From NCBI GenBank assembly GCA_963745645.1, contig CAVUYD010000009.1:1805-65804 (forward strand): a stretch of 64,000 bases of DNA, in the 5' to 3' direction. The position numbers were made by a program, and so were the translations under genes. Below are positions 1-11,136 of the stretch, piece after piece. Every line of letters starts with the position of its first letter. Position 1 is the first letter of the stretch. The stretch comes from an uncultured Actinomycetes bacterium (GTDB lineage Bacteria; Actinomycetota; Acidimicrobiia; IMCC26256; PALSA-610). Under the pieces are notes generated by a model. That model was not told the origin of the DNA. It saw only the letters and a program-made list of their open reading frames with translations, and did no database searches.

Positions 1-1
1 C

Positions 2-64
2 GAAGGCACCCTCGCGGCCAAGGTGATGATCGTTCCGACCCTGTCAGGAGGAGGAAGGGCATGA
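2..64 (+). CDS. 3' end of upstream gene, possibly a zinc-binding/MDR dehydrogenase (partial)
   Basis: Frame 2 reads EGTLAAKVMIVPTLSGGGRA*. AKVMIVP resembles the MDR C-terminal strand. The stop overlaps the next ATG (ATGA) after AGGAGG. Confidence 0.4.
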   Translation, partial: EGTLAAKVMIVPTLSGGGRA

Positions 65-615
65 CATCGACGCAACCGGTCTCCAAAGGGCCGCGCTTCG
101 GGGCCCGTAAGCCCCGTTTGAACCACGTGGCGATGAGCCTGCCGGCCGATCTGCTCGACGAGGAACATCGCCGCTTGATCGCCGACTTCTACATGGACGT
201 GTTCGGCTTCGTGGAGCTCCCGATGCTCACCGAGGACCGCCGCCGGCTCGTGCTGCAGGTGCACAACATCGAGCAGTTCCTCTTCCTCATCGCGGAAGAG
301 GCGCCCATGTCGTGCCCGCGGCTCGACCACTGGGGCATCTCGGTGGGGGAGGAGTCGGAGCTCGACGACATCCTCGCGCGCGCCCAGGCGTGGAAGGCGC
401 GTGACGACCGCGTCGACATCATCGACAAGAAGACCGACGACCACGGCATGCTCGCGATCACGAGCATCTACGTCCGCTACCTCCTCCCGATGATGGTCGA
501 GGTGCAGTGGTGGGACTACGAAGGCTGGGGGCAGCGGTTCTCCCCGAAGGCTGGGGGCAGCGGGTTCTCCCCGAAGGCTGGGGGCAGCGGGGACACGCGC
601 AAGGAGAACGCATGA
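61..615 (+). CDS. VOC/glyoxalase-like protein
   Basis: RLNHVAMS..ADFYMDVFGF..LDHWGISV..MVEVQ pattern of the VOC fold. AGGAGG RBS. The C-terminus is encoded by a tandem repeat. Confidence 0.7.
   Translation: MTSTQPVSKGPRFGARKPRLNHVAMSLPADLLDEEHRRLIADFYMDVFGFVELPMLTEDRRRLVLQVHNIEQFLFLIAEEAPMSCPRLDHWGISVGEESELDDILARAQAWKARDDRVDIIDKKTDDHGMLAITSIYVRYLLPMMVEVQWWDYEGWGQRFSPKAGGSGFSPKAGGSGDTRKENA
519..591. repeat. Tandem repeat, about 2.7 copies of a 26/27-bp unit CGAAGGCTGGGGGCAGCGG(G)TTCTCCC
   Basis: Units read directly at 519-544 (26 nt), 545-571 (27 nt) and 572-591 (partial). Confidence 0.9.
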
Positions 616-1587
616 CCCTTCGCTACGGCGCGTTCGTGCCGCAGGGTTGGAAGCTGGAGTACGACGGCACGAACGCGGCCGACGTGTGGACACGCACGAA
701 GGAAGTCGCGCAGCTCGCCGAACAACTCGGCTACGACCACCTTTGGGTCTACGACCACTTCGAGACGGTGCCGACGCCGCGAACCGACGCACGTGTTCGA
801 AGCGTTCACGACGCTCGCGGCGCTGGCGCAACACACCGAAACGATCAAGCTCGGCCAGCTCGTCACGTGCGCGGCGTACCGCAACGCCGGGCTGCTCGCC
901 AAGGAAGCCGCGTGCGTCGACGTGTTCTCCGAGGGCCGGCTCATCTTCGGGCTCGGCGCGGGGTGGTACGACCGCGAGTACCAGGCGTACGGGATCCCGT
1001 ACCCGAGCGCAGGGACACGCCTGCAGATCCTCGAGGAGACGCTCGAGGTCGTGAAAAGGCTCTGGATCGAGGAGACCGTCACCTACCAGGGCAAGCACCT
1101 CGCCTTCGACGGCGCGTACTGCGACCCGAAGCCGATCCAGCAGTTGCCGGAGATCTGGGTCGGCGGCGGCGGCGAGAAGGTGACGTTGCGGATCGCGGCC
1201 AAGCACGCGACCCACACGAACTGGCAGGTCGGGCTGGAGGCGTTCGTCCACAAGTCCGAGGTCCTGCGCCAACACTGCGACGACGCCGGACGCGACTTCG
1301 ACTCGATCATCCGCACCCACGGCCCCGACTGCCGGATCTTCGACACCGAAGCCGATCTCGATGCCTGGCTCGACTCCCCGAGCGGCGGTGCGCGGCGACG
1401 CGGGAGCACGCCGCACGACAAGTACGTGCGCGACCATCTCGTCGGAACCGTCGAGCAGGTCGCCGAGAAGACGCAGGCCTTCGTCGACGCCGGGTGCCGC
1501 GAATTCGTCCTCTGGTTCCGTGACTATCCGTCCACGGATTCCCTTGAGCGCTTCGCCAAGGAAGTCATCCCGCGCGTGCGCGGCTAG
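612..1587 (+). CDS. LLM-class (probably F420-dependent) oxidoreductase; one frameshift near 780
   Basis: AAGGAG RBS and ATGA coupling. MTLRYGAFVPQGW..GYDHLWVYDHF, then EAFTTLAALAQHTETIKLGQLVTC..GRLIFGLGAGWY..IWVGGGGEKVTLR. Confidence 0.85.
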
Positions 1588-1609
1588 ATCCCTGGCGACG
1601 CGGGAGAAT

Positions 1610-3512
1610 GTGGTGGTGCGGCGGCGAACGCTTCGCCTCCCGGGCCTCGACGGCATCCGGGCGCTCGCGGTCATCGCGGTGCTCGCGTACCACGACGGGC
1701 GACTTCGCGGCGGGTTCCTCGGCGTGTCGATCTTCTTCACGCTCTCCGGCTACCTGATCACGCGACTCCTCATCGTCGAGCGCGAGGTGAACGGTCGCAT
1801 CTCGCTACGCGCGTTCTTCGCGGCGGAGGGTCCGACGTCTCCTGCCGGCCGCACTCGTGGGTGTGGTGTTGGCGACGCTCGTTTCCCTGGTCGTCACCGA
1901 CGCACGCGCCGGCATGCGAGGCGACGGGCTCGCCGCGATCGCGAATGTCGCCAACTGGCGATTCGTGTTCGACGGTCGCTCCTATGCCGACACGTTCGCG
2001 GCTCCGTCGCCGCTCGCGGACTTCTGGTCGCTCGCGGTCGAGGAGCAGTTCTACGTGTTCCTGGCTCCGCTGCTCGCGATGCTGCTCGCGATGCGAAGCG
2101 GATCGCGCCGGGCGCTCGCGATCGGCGTCGTCGTGCTCACCGCCGGCTCGTTCCTCGCGGGTTGGCTCATCGTCGATCACATCGGACTCGACCGGGCGTA
2201 CTACGGCACCGACACGCGTGCCCTCGAGTTCCTCGTCGGTGCTTTGCTCGCCATCGCGATGACCGGCCGCACCCTTCGGCGGGTGCCGTCGCGATTGTTC
2301 GCGGGTGCCGCCGTCGTCGCCGCGTTCGTGCTCTTGTGGTCGACGATCACCTGGCGCGAGTCCGATCCGGGCTTGTTCCGCGGGGGCTTGCTGCTCCATG
2401 CGCTTCTCGTGTGCGTCGTCCTCGTCGGTGTCTCGGAGCCTGGTCCACTCCGGGCGGTCTGCTCGTTCCGACCGCTCGCGGCGTTGGGCGTGATCAGCTA
2501 CGGCGTCTACGTCTTCCACTGGCCGTTGTTCCTCCTGCTCGACGAGCGGCGAACCGGCCTTGATGCCGGTGCGGTGACGGCCGTGCGCCTGGCGGCGACG
2601 CTCGGTATCGCGGCGCTGTCGTACGTCGCGCTCGAGCAACCGATCCGTGCTCGGCGGCGGATACGGCGCGCGCCGTGGCTCGTCGCGCCGGCCGGGATCG
2701 CGCTCGTGGTCACCGCACTGATCGCGGTGTCGGCGACCGCGCCCGGCCCGACCATCGTCTTCGAGCCCGCGTTCGTCGGTGCGGCCGCGCGCCGCCCGCC
2801 GCCATCACAGCCGCCGGTCGGCGCGCCGGCACCCACGGTGCCGACCGCGAGACCGGGTGTCGTGTTGGTCGTCGGTGACTCGGTCGCGGTGACGCTCGGT
2901 CGGGGCATCGAGCGCTGGGGAGCGAACCATGGAGTGCTCGTCGACAACGCGGCGCGGTTGGGGTGCACGGTGCTCGTCGGTGTGCAGTTGCGCGGCGGCT
3001 ACTTCGGCACCACCGACCGAGGGCTCGATCCGTGCGGTTCGCTGGCACGGTTCCCCGAACTGGTCGAGCAGGTTTCCCCCGACGTGGTCGTCATGCTCTA
3101 CGGGGCGTGGGACGTCTATGACGCGTCCTGGGACGGCGGCCGCACTTGGTTCGAGCCGGGACAACCGGCATGGAACGCGCACTACCGGTCGGCGATCGCA
3201 CAGACCGCAGCGATGCTGTCGGCCGGCGGCGCGCGATTGCTGTGGCTCACACCACCGTGCTTCGCGCCGCCGCCGGGGTCGGGCCGGGGCGGTGACGGCT
3301 TCGATCCGGCGCGCGTTGCCATACTCGGCCGTCTCGCCGACGACGTCGCCGCCCGCAACGGCATGACGGTCTCGCACGAACTGACGCGCACGGGTTGCCC
3401 GGTCGATTTCGGCGCGCGACCGGACGGCGTGCACTACGGCGATCCGGCCGCGGACGCAGCCACGGCCTTGATCGCGCCGCCGCTCGAACGGCTGCTCGCG
3501 ATGCGGCAATGA
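1610..3512 (+). CDS. Acyltransferase-3 plus SGNH domain (OafA/YrhL-like O-acyltransferase); frameshift near 1825
   Basis: LPGLDGIRALAV, GGFLGVSIFFTLSGYLIT, FWSLAVEEQFY, SYGVYVFHWP. C-terminal VVGDSV and DGVHY SGNH motifs. Confidence 0.85.
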
Positions 3513-5098
3513 CCGAAGGGGCGGGTGTTACGTTGACCGCCGTGACGTTGCTCGACGACGCGCCACGCGCGCTTCCACTGCGCCGGGCGGGCGGCGGCCG
3601 CCGTCATGGGTGCTCGTCCTCGCCGGCGTGACGGTCGCGTTCGGGATCGGGTTGTTCTTCTACTCGCGCTCCGACATGTGGCTCGACGAGGCGCTGACCC
3701 TCAACATCGCACGGTTGCCGCTCGGTGACCTGCGGGGCGCGCTCGAGCGCGACGGCGCGCCACCGCTCTCCTACGTCCTGCTCCACGTCTGGACGGGTTT
3801 GTTCGGCGACAGCGACGTCGCGGCGCGTTCGCTGTCGGGTGTGTTTGCGCTCGGGTCGGTCGTCACGTGCTGGTTCGCGGCGCGCCGCTGGTTCGACGAG
3901 CGCACGGCGTGGCTCACGGTCATCGTGCTCGCGACGAACCCCTTCCTCATCCGTTACGCCACTGAAGCGCGCATGTACACGCTCGAGATCCTCCTCGTCG
4001 CGTGGGGCATCATCGCGGTCCCGCGTGCACTGGAGCGGACGTCGCTCGGCCGGTTGGCGTGCGTCGGCCTCGTGACCGCACTGCTCGTCTACACCCAGTA
4101 CTGGGCGTTCTACCTCGTGGGGGTTGTGGGCGCGACCATGCTGCTCGCCGCGTGGCGGCACCGCGCGCGGCGGCGCGAGTACCTCATGGTCGCGGGCGCG
4201 ATCGCGATCGGGCTCCTGCTGTTCGTCCCCTGGCTGCCGACGTTTCTGTCGCAGCGCGCGACACACGGGCACGCCGTGGGGTGTCGCGGTGCTCCCCGGG
4301 CTCCCGATCGGGATGACGTTTCTCGGGTTCTCCGGCGGCGACGAGCAGGAAGGCTGGGTCCTCGTGTTCCTCCTGGTCGCGCTGCTGCTGCTCGGCCTGT
4401 TCGCCCGGGCCCTCGACGGCCGCCACCTCGAAGTCGACCTGCGCGCACAGCCCGCGGCGCGGTGGCTCGGCATCATCGGTGGCGCGACGCTCGTGGTCGG
4501 GGTGAGTCTCAACTACCTCGCCGGCCAGGCGTTCGCACCGCGGTACAGCGCGATCGTGTTCCCGTTCTTCGCGCTGCTCGTCGGCCGCGGCCTCGCGCTG
4601 CTCGTCGACGGTCGGGTCCGGTTCGGTGCGGTCGCGCTCATCGTCGTCTTCGGGCTCATCGGCGGTCTGCGGGGCACCATCGAGCAACGCACGCAGGCCG
4701 GGCAGGTCGCGCACGCGTTGGTTGCGTCGGCAAAGCCGGGTGACCTCGTCGTGTACTGCCCGGATCAACTCGGACCTGCAGTGCACCGGCTCCTGCCCGG
4801 CGGCTTCGACGAGGTCACGTACCCCGCGTTCGCGGCGCCGGCCTTTGTCAACTGGGTCGACTACCAGAAGCGGCTCGACGCGACCGATCCCGCGGTGTTC
4901 GCGGCTGAGGTCGAGCGGCGCGCCGGCGACCACACCGTCTGGCTCGTCACCGGCCCGGGATACCCGAACCACCACGGTGCGTGCGACGCACTGTCGAACC
5001 AGCTCGCGAGCAAGCGGCCGGTGACCCAGGTCGTGTCGCCGAACGACGACTACTTCGAGAAGCCCGGTCTCCAAGAGTTCGCGCCGCCGAACCAGTGA
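3509..5098 (+). CDS. GT-C fold glycosyltransferase (family 39/ArnT-like); frameshifts near 3605 and 4265
   Basis: MWLDEALT..DGAPPLSYVLLHVW..AARSLS..YATEARMY..LVYTQYW. Many TM segments across ORFs 3610-4743 and 4124-5098. Confidence 0.8.
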
Positions 5099-6240
5099 GG
5101 AGCGGGCGCGGCAGCTTGCGAGGGGCATGGTCGGGGCCGAGCGCGCGCGATGTCTTCCGCGTCGTGTTGGTGCCGTACGTCATCTCCCGAGTGCTCGTGA
5201 TCGCGACGCTCGGAGTGACGCGCGAAGTCGTGCGCGATCTCGCGACGATCACCGACCCGATCCAGGTCGGACAAGGACTCCACGCGTGGGACGCCGCGTT
5301 CTACGCCGCGATCGCGCGAGGCGGATACGACGCGGTGCCCACTGAAGGATTGCGCTTCTTCCCCTTGTTCCCGCTGCTCGCGCGGGCGGCTGCGGTCATT
5401 CCCGGTGTCGACAGCGATCTCGCGGTCGTGCTCGTCGCGAACCTCTGCGCGCTGATCCTCGGCTTCGCCCTCTACCGCCTCGCGTTCTTCGAACGTGGCG
5501 ACGAAGCGTTCGCCCGGCGCGCGGTGTGGCTGCTGTACCTCGTTCCACCGGCGTATGTGCTCGTGATGGGCTACGCGGAAGCGACGTTCATGCTGCTGGC
5601 GGTCGTCGTGCTCTTCGCGATCCGCCGATCGCAGTGGTTCGTCGCCGCCGGGGCCGCGCTGCTCGCGGGTGCGTGCCGGCCCGTCGGGCTGCTGCTCGTC
5701 GTGCCCATCCTCGTGGAAGCGCTCCGGGACCGGCGCGCGTTGACCGGCCCCGACATCGCGGCGCGGGTCGCCGCAGTCGTGGCGCCCGTCGCCGGATGCT
5801 TCGCGTACCTGTCGTGGGCCGCCGACCGGACGAGCAGCTTCCTCGAACCGTTGCGGATACAGGAGGACGCGTCGCGCCGAGGTTCGGCTCGATTCCCGGT
5901 CACCAACGTGATCGACGTCGCGCGTGACTTCTCGACGGGCGACCATGACACTGCGGGTCTCCACCTGCTGACGATCGCGGTGTGCATCGCGTTGTTGGTG
6001 GTGCTCGCGCGACGGTGGCCCGCGTCGTACACGCTCTACGCCGCGTCCGCGTTGGTGCTCGCGTTGACCGCGCGCAACCTCGACTCCCTCGAGCGGTACA
6101 TGTTGTCGACGGTGCCATTCGTGTTCGCGCTCGCGGACGTCGTCGACACGGAGAGTCGGGAGCGGGTCGTGCTCGTGCTCGCGGCCGCCGGTCTCGTCGC
6201 CGCAGCCGCGCTCGCGTTCACCGGGTCGCTCGTGCCGTGA
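5095..6240 (+). CDS. Mannosyltransferase family (PIG-V-like GT-C) membrane protein
   Basis: AWDAAFYAAIARGGY..RFFPLFPLL..MGYAEATF..RPVG..SLERY. GTGA coupling at both ends. Confidence 0.85.
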   Translation: MRSGRGSLRGAWSGPSARDVFRVVLVPYVISRVLVIATLGVTREVVRDLATITDPIQVGQGLHAWDAAFYAAIARGGYDAVPTEGLRFFPLFPLLARAAAVIPGVDSDLAVVLVANLCALILGFALYRLAFFERGDEAFARRAVWLLYLVPPAYVLVMGYAEATFMLLAVVVLFAIRRSQWFVAAGAALLAGACRPVGLLLVVPILVEALRDRRALTGPDIAARVAAVVAPVAGCFAYLSWAADRTSSFLEPLRIQEDASRRGSARFPVTNVIDVARDFSTGDHDTAGLHLLTIAVCIALLVVLARRWPASYTLYAASALVLALTARNLDSLERYMLSTVPFVFALADVVDTESRERVVLVLAAAGLVAAAALAFTGSLVP

Positions 6241-7632
6241 AGTTCGGTCGCGCCCTCCTGCTGATCGCGGTGGTGGCGTTCGGCGTGCGCGTCGGCTACG
6301 TGGCGTTCGCCAAGGCGGGCGGCGAGTGCCCGGTGGTGCTGAAGTCCGGTTTCCGCACCTCGTATCCGGGCGAGTGCGCGATCGGCGACCAGGTCTTCTA
6401 CAACTCGTCGGCGAACTTCCTCGCGGACGGCCACGGCTTCAACGAGGCGCTGTACGGCGTCGGACATCCGGGGGAATCGCCGCCGCCCGCGGCCGACCAC
6501 CCGCCGCTCACGACGATCGTCCTCGCACCGGTGTCGTGGCTCGTCGAACGGCCGCCACTGTCGTGGGTCGCGGGCGACCCGGTCGACGCGAACGTGCGCG
6601 AGATGCGGTACGCGATGACGCTGCTCGGCACGCTCCTGGTCGTGCTCGTCGGGCTGTTGGGTCGTCGCGTCGGCGTGGCCGTGGGCTGGAGCCAACGGCG
6701 GTCCGACGGAATCGGCCTCGCCGCCGCCGGGATCGCGGCGTTCTCGCCGAACATCTGGGTCAACGACGGGCTCGTGATGTCGGAAACGGTGATGGACATC
6801 ACGGTCGTCGCGACACTGCTGGCCGCGGTCGTCGCGTTCGAGCGGCCGTCGCCCAAGCGGCTGCTCGTCGTCGGCGTGGGCTGCGGCTTCGCCGCGCTCG
6901 CGCGCGTGGAGCTGCTGTTGCTCGTCCCGCTGCTCGCGGTCCCGCTCGCGTGGCGGTCCCGGCAACGGCTGCCGGCGCTCGCGGCCGGTGTCGGCGCGTC
7001 GCTGCTCGTGATCGCGCCGTGGGTCGGGTTCAACCTCAGCCGCTTCGACGACCCCACGTTCCTCTCGACGAACGACGGCAACACGTTGCTCGGCGCGAAT
7101 TGCGATGCGGTCTATGCCGGCAAGGCGATGGGCCTGTGGGCACTGAACGGTTTCATGTGCACCGCTCCACCGGTCGTCGGCGACCAGAGCGTCGTGTCGT
7201 CCCGTTACCGGCATCTCGCGTTCGACTACATCCGCGCGCACGAACGGCGACTGCCTGCAGTGACGCTCGCGCGCATCGGCCGCACGTGGAGCTTCTACCG
7301 ACCCGCGGACATGATCCGGTACAACCAAGGGGAAGGCCGCGAGGCGTGGGTGACGCGTCTCGGGCTCGTCGCGTTCTACCCGACGCTGGTCGCCGCGATC
7401 GCCGGCGTCGTCGTGCTGCTGCGCCGCCGAGCGCGTTGGGTCGGCTGGATCCTCTGCGTGCCCGTGATCACGGTGACGCTCACGAGCGTCCTCACGTACG
7501 GGCAGACGCGCTTTCGGGCCGCAGCCGAACCGTCACTGGCGGTGCTGGCCGCGGTCGCGCTCGGCGCCGCCTGGAGCGGGTGGCAACGCTCGCGGCGCAC
7601 GTCAGGACGCGAGGCAGGGCGAGACCGCGTAG
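6237..7632 (+). CDS. GT-C fold glycosyltransferase (ArnT/family 39-like); true 3' end near 7600-7630
   Basis: GDQVFY..ADHPPL..IWVNDGLVMSE..ALARVE..PWVGFN..LSTNDG..YGQTRFRAAAE. The ORF as given runs on to 8135. Confidence 0.75.
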
Positions 7633-8099
7633 AAGGTCAGGCGCGGCGTCTGCAGGTCCGCGGTCGCGACCACTTCGTACCCGTCGACGCGGGCCCGGAT
7701 CTTCGGGTAGCGCTCGGACGACAGACCGGACCGGTCGACGTCGTATCCGAGCTCGCGCCAGCGCTGCTCGACTCCGGTCAGCGCGTCCCGTGGGTTGGTG
7801 CCGGCGGGCGTGTCGACGAGCAGCGGCACCTCGACCCGATGCGTGCCGGCCGAGCCGACCGCATAGCCGAGCAGCTTCTTGCGGCAGGTGACTTCGCCGG
7901 TCTCGGTGGGCGGCTCGACGCTCACGGCCAGGCCCGGGGGCAGTGCGGCGGTGGCTTCCTCCACGAGGTCCACGACGCGCGTGCGCCCACGATCGAGGTC
8001 GCCGGCACCGGTCGAGGGGGTCGAGCACGCGCCGAGCAGCCCCGCGGCGACCGCCAAAGCAGCAGCGGTGCGCGCCACCTTGGATCCCCGACGAACCAT
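7602..8099 (-). CDS. Hypothetical lipoprotein
   Basis: Basic N-terminus, hydrophobic stretch and lipobox LGAC. Confidence 0.6.
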   Translation of the reverse strand: MVRRGSKVARTAAALAVAAGLLGACSTPSTGAGDLDRGRTRVVDLVEEATAALPPGLAVSVEPPTETGEVTCRKKLLGYAVGSAGTHRVEVPLLVDTPAGTNPRDALTGVEQRWRELGYDVDRSGLSSERYPKIRARVDGYEVVATADLQTPRLTFYAVSPCLAS

Positions 8100-8170
8100 C
8101 GCGTCGATCTATCACACGGTCGGGTCTGCCGATGACCCAGGTTCGCCGGTCACAAGGAGCGGACAGATAC

Positions 8171-8186
8171 GATGCGGCGCCGCATC
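8171..8186. promoter_or_regulatory. Perfect 16-bp palindrome in a divergent intergenic region
   Basis: GATGCGGCGCCGCATC, followed by two copies of TCACCACGGGG. Confidence 0.35.
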
Positions 8187-8242
8187 ACCACGGGGAACGC
8201 CTCTTCACCACGGGGCGCGCCGCGGGGGACGCGACGCTTTCG

Positions 8243-9824
8243 ATGACCGAACCCTTCCCTCCGCACCCCGCCCCCCGCCCCCCGGGCGACCTGTCGGTCG
8301 TCGTCATCGGCGCCGGGCCCGCCGGCCTCACCGCCGCGTACATGCTCGCCAAGGCGGGCCGGGCGGCCGGGGTGACCATCCTCGAATCCGACGACTGTCG
8401 TCGGCGGGATCAGCCGCACGGTGGTGCGTGACGGCTGGCGCTTCGACATCGGCGGCCACCGGTTCTTCACCAAGGTGACCGCGGTCGACGACCTGTGGTT
8501 CGAGATCCTCGGTTCCGAGAACTTCCTGCAGCGGCCGCGCCAGAGTCGCATCCTGTACCGAGGGCAATTTCTACGACTACCCGCTCGTCCCGATGAACGT
8601 GTTGAAGAACCTCGGGCCGATCGAAGCCGTGCGTTGCGTCGCTCTCGTACCTCTGGGTCCGCATCCATCCGCCGACGAACCGCGACACGCTCGAAGGCTT
8701 CTACGTGTCGCGCTTCGGCTGGCGCTTGTACGAGCACTTCTTCAAGACCTACACGGAGAAGGTCTGGGGCGTGCCGCCCTCGGAGCTGTCCGCCGACTGG
8801 GGCGCGCAACGGGTCAAGGACCTCTCGCTGTTCCGTGCCGCGTTCGAAGCGCTGAAGCCGAAGCGCTTCCGCGCCAAGGCCGACAAGTCGAAGCAGATCA
8901 CGAGCCTGATCGAGGAGTTCAACTACCCGAAGTACGGCCCGGGGATGATGTGGGAGAGGGCCGCCGCAAAGGTGCAGGACGCGGGCGCGCAGCTGCACTT
9001 CGAGCAGCGCGTCACAACCATTCGCCACGAGAACGGATGGGCCGTTGCGGTCGACGCCGTCGACGCGGGCGGTGCGACGCACACGTACCCGTGCACACAC
9101 GTGATCTCGTCGATGCCGCTCGGGGCGCTCCTGCGGGCGATGGATCCGCCGGTCGACGCGCCGGACGCGCGAGGCCGCCGACGACATCCACTACCGCGAT
9201 CACCTCACGGTCGCGCTCGTGGTGCCGCAGGAGTTCTCGTTCACCGACAACTGGATCTACGTGCACGATCCCAGTGTCGAGGTCGGTCGCGTCCAGAACT
9301 ACGGGTCGTGGTCGCCGTACATGGTCAAGGACGGCCGGACCTGTCTCGGGCTCGAGTACTTCGTGACCGAGGGCGACGCGATGTGGACGGGCTCGGATGC
9401 CGACCTCATCGAGCAGGGCAAGCGCGAACTGCACACGCTCGGGCTCATCTCGGACCCCGCGCGCGTCGAGGCCGGGTACGTGGTGCGCATGCCGAAGGCC
9501 TATCCGGTCTACGACGCCGACTACGAGGCGAACGTCGACGTCATGCGCAAGTGGCTCGAGGCCAACGCGCCCAACGTGTTCCCGTGCGGCCGCAACGGGA
9601 TGCACAAGTACAACAACCAGGACCACTCGATGTTCACCGCGATGCTCTCGGTCGAGAACATGCTCGGCGCGAACCACGACGTGTGGGAAGTCAACGTGGA
9701 GGCCGAGTACCACGAGGAAACCGACGGCGCCGGCAGCAGCCGCGGCACCGGCCGCGACGCACCCCTTCTGCCGAAGCCGCGGCCCCACGCCGGTCCTGCG
9801 TCCGGCGCTGAGCCGAACGCGTAG
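8243..9824 (+). CDS. NAD(P)/FAD-dependent oxidoreductase (amine oxidase/Glf-like family common in glycan loci); several frameshifts
   Basis: VVVIGAGPAGLTAAY, RFDIGGHRFFTK, FFKTYTEKVWG, FNYPKYGPGMMW, DNWIYVH, GRNGMHKYNNQDHSM. Confidence 0.85.
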
Positions 9825-9835
9825 CCTCTGACACC

Positions 9836-11129
9836 GTGAGTGCCAGCGTGGCGGCGTCGACGACTCCGGCGGCCGACCGGCGCGCGTTCTATCCCTGCTT
9901 CGACGGGCTCCGCGCCATCGCTGCCATCGCGGTCGTGATGCACCACGCGGCGATCGGGACCGCGTTCTCGTTCCGCCAGGTCGGGATCCCGCTCACCGAT
10001 GTGCACTGGCCGATCGGGAAGTACTTCGCGCACATGGACGCGGGCGTCACGATCTTCTTCCTGATCTCCGGGTTCCTGCTCTACCGCCCGTTCGTGGCAT
10101 CCGCCTTCGACGAGCGCGCCCCGATGGGCCCACGCCGGTTCTTCCGCCACCGGTTCCTGCGCATCTTCCCTGCGTACTGGGTCGCGTTCATCTGCATCAC
10201 GCTGTTCGTCGGTCTCTCGATGCCGATCGGTGGGCGGCGCAGCCTCGTCGAGTACTTCCTGCTGCTGCACCTCTACGACCCCCAGCACGGCGGAGCCCGC
10301 GCGCTCGGGGGTATCTCACAGTCGTGGACGCTCGTGGTGGAGATCTCCTTCTACCTGTTCCTCCCGCTCTACGCGTACGTGATGCGTCGCGTGGGTGGCC
10401 GCCGCGAATTGCGCGAGCGCTTCCGGGTCGAACTGCTCGGGTTGCTCACGCTCGTCACCGTCAGCGTCGCGTGGCGCGCCTTCATCTTCTGGGGCGTACC
10501 TCGCACGTCCGCGTTGCACGAGCTCGGGCAGTACTGGTTGATCGCGCAGCTCGACCTGTTCGCGCTCGGCATGGGGCTCGCGCTCATCCGCACCTGGCTC
10601 GACCGTCGCGACGAGCCGGTCGCGTTCTTCGAGATGATCGGTCGCCACGATCTGCTGTGGTGGTTCCTCGCGCTCGTGCCGTTCCAGATCGTGTCGATGC
10701 ACATCGGCCTCGCCGCGACCTTGAAGCCGGTCACCGGGGGCCAGGCGTACCTGCGGCAGTCCCTCTACGGCGCGACCGCGCTCTTCCTCCTGCTGCCCGG
10801 CGGTGTTCGGCTCGCAGGCACGTGGCGCGACCCGGCGCTTCCTGCAGCTCGCGCCGGTGGTGTACCTCGGCACGATCTCCTACGGCATCTACCTGTGGCA
10901 CCAGGCGTTCCTGAAGAAGGTGCACCAGTGGTGGCACTGGGACCGCCGCCCGGGGGAGAACATCCTCGCCGGGTTCCGCGGCAACTTCCTCATCAGCGTC
11001 GCGGTCGCGCTCGCGCTGAGCATCGCCGTTGCGTCGCTGAGCTGGTACTTCATCGAGAAGCCGTTGCTCCGGCGCAAGGACAAGCCCCTGTTCGGCGACC
11101 GCCACCACCGGGCGGCAGGCGTGCGGTAA
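9836..11129 (+). CDS. Acyltransferase-3 family protein; frameshift near 10800
   Basis: FDGLRAIAA, GVTIFFLISGFLLY, RFLRIFPAYW, WTLVVEISFY, SYGIYLWH, SWYFIEKP. Confidence 0.85.
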
Positions 11130-11136
11130 TGACCGG

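Noticed and set aside
519..591. Possible CRISPR repeats
   Set aside because: Units are contiguous with no spacers, and no cas genes are present.
7602..8135. About 530-bp antisense overlap between the GT-C ORF and the lipoprotein
   Set aside because: GT-C similarity to its paralogue ends near 7580. A single indel would use TAG at 7630, so read-through is probably an artefact.
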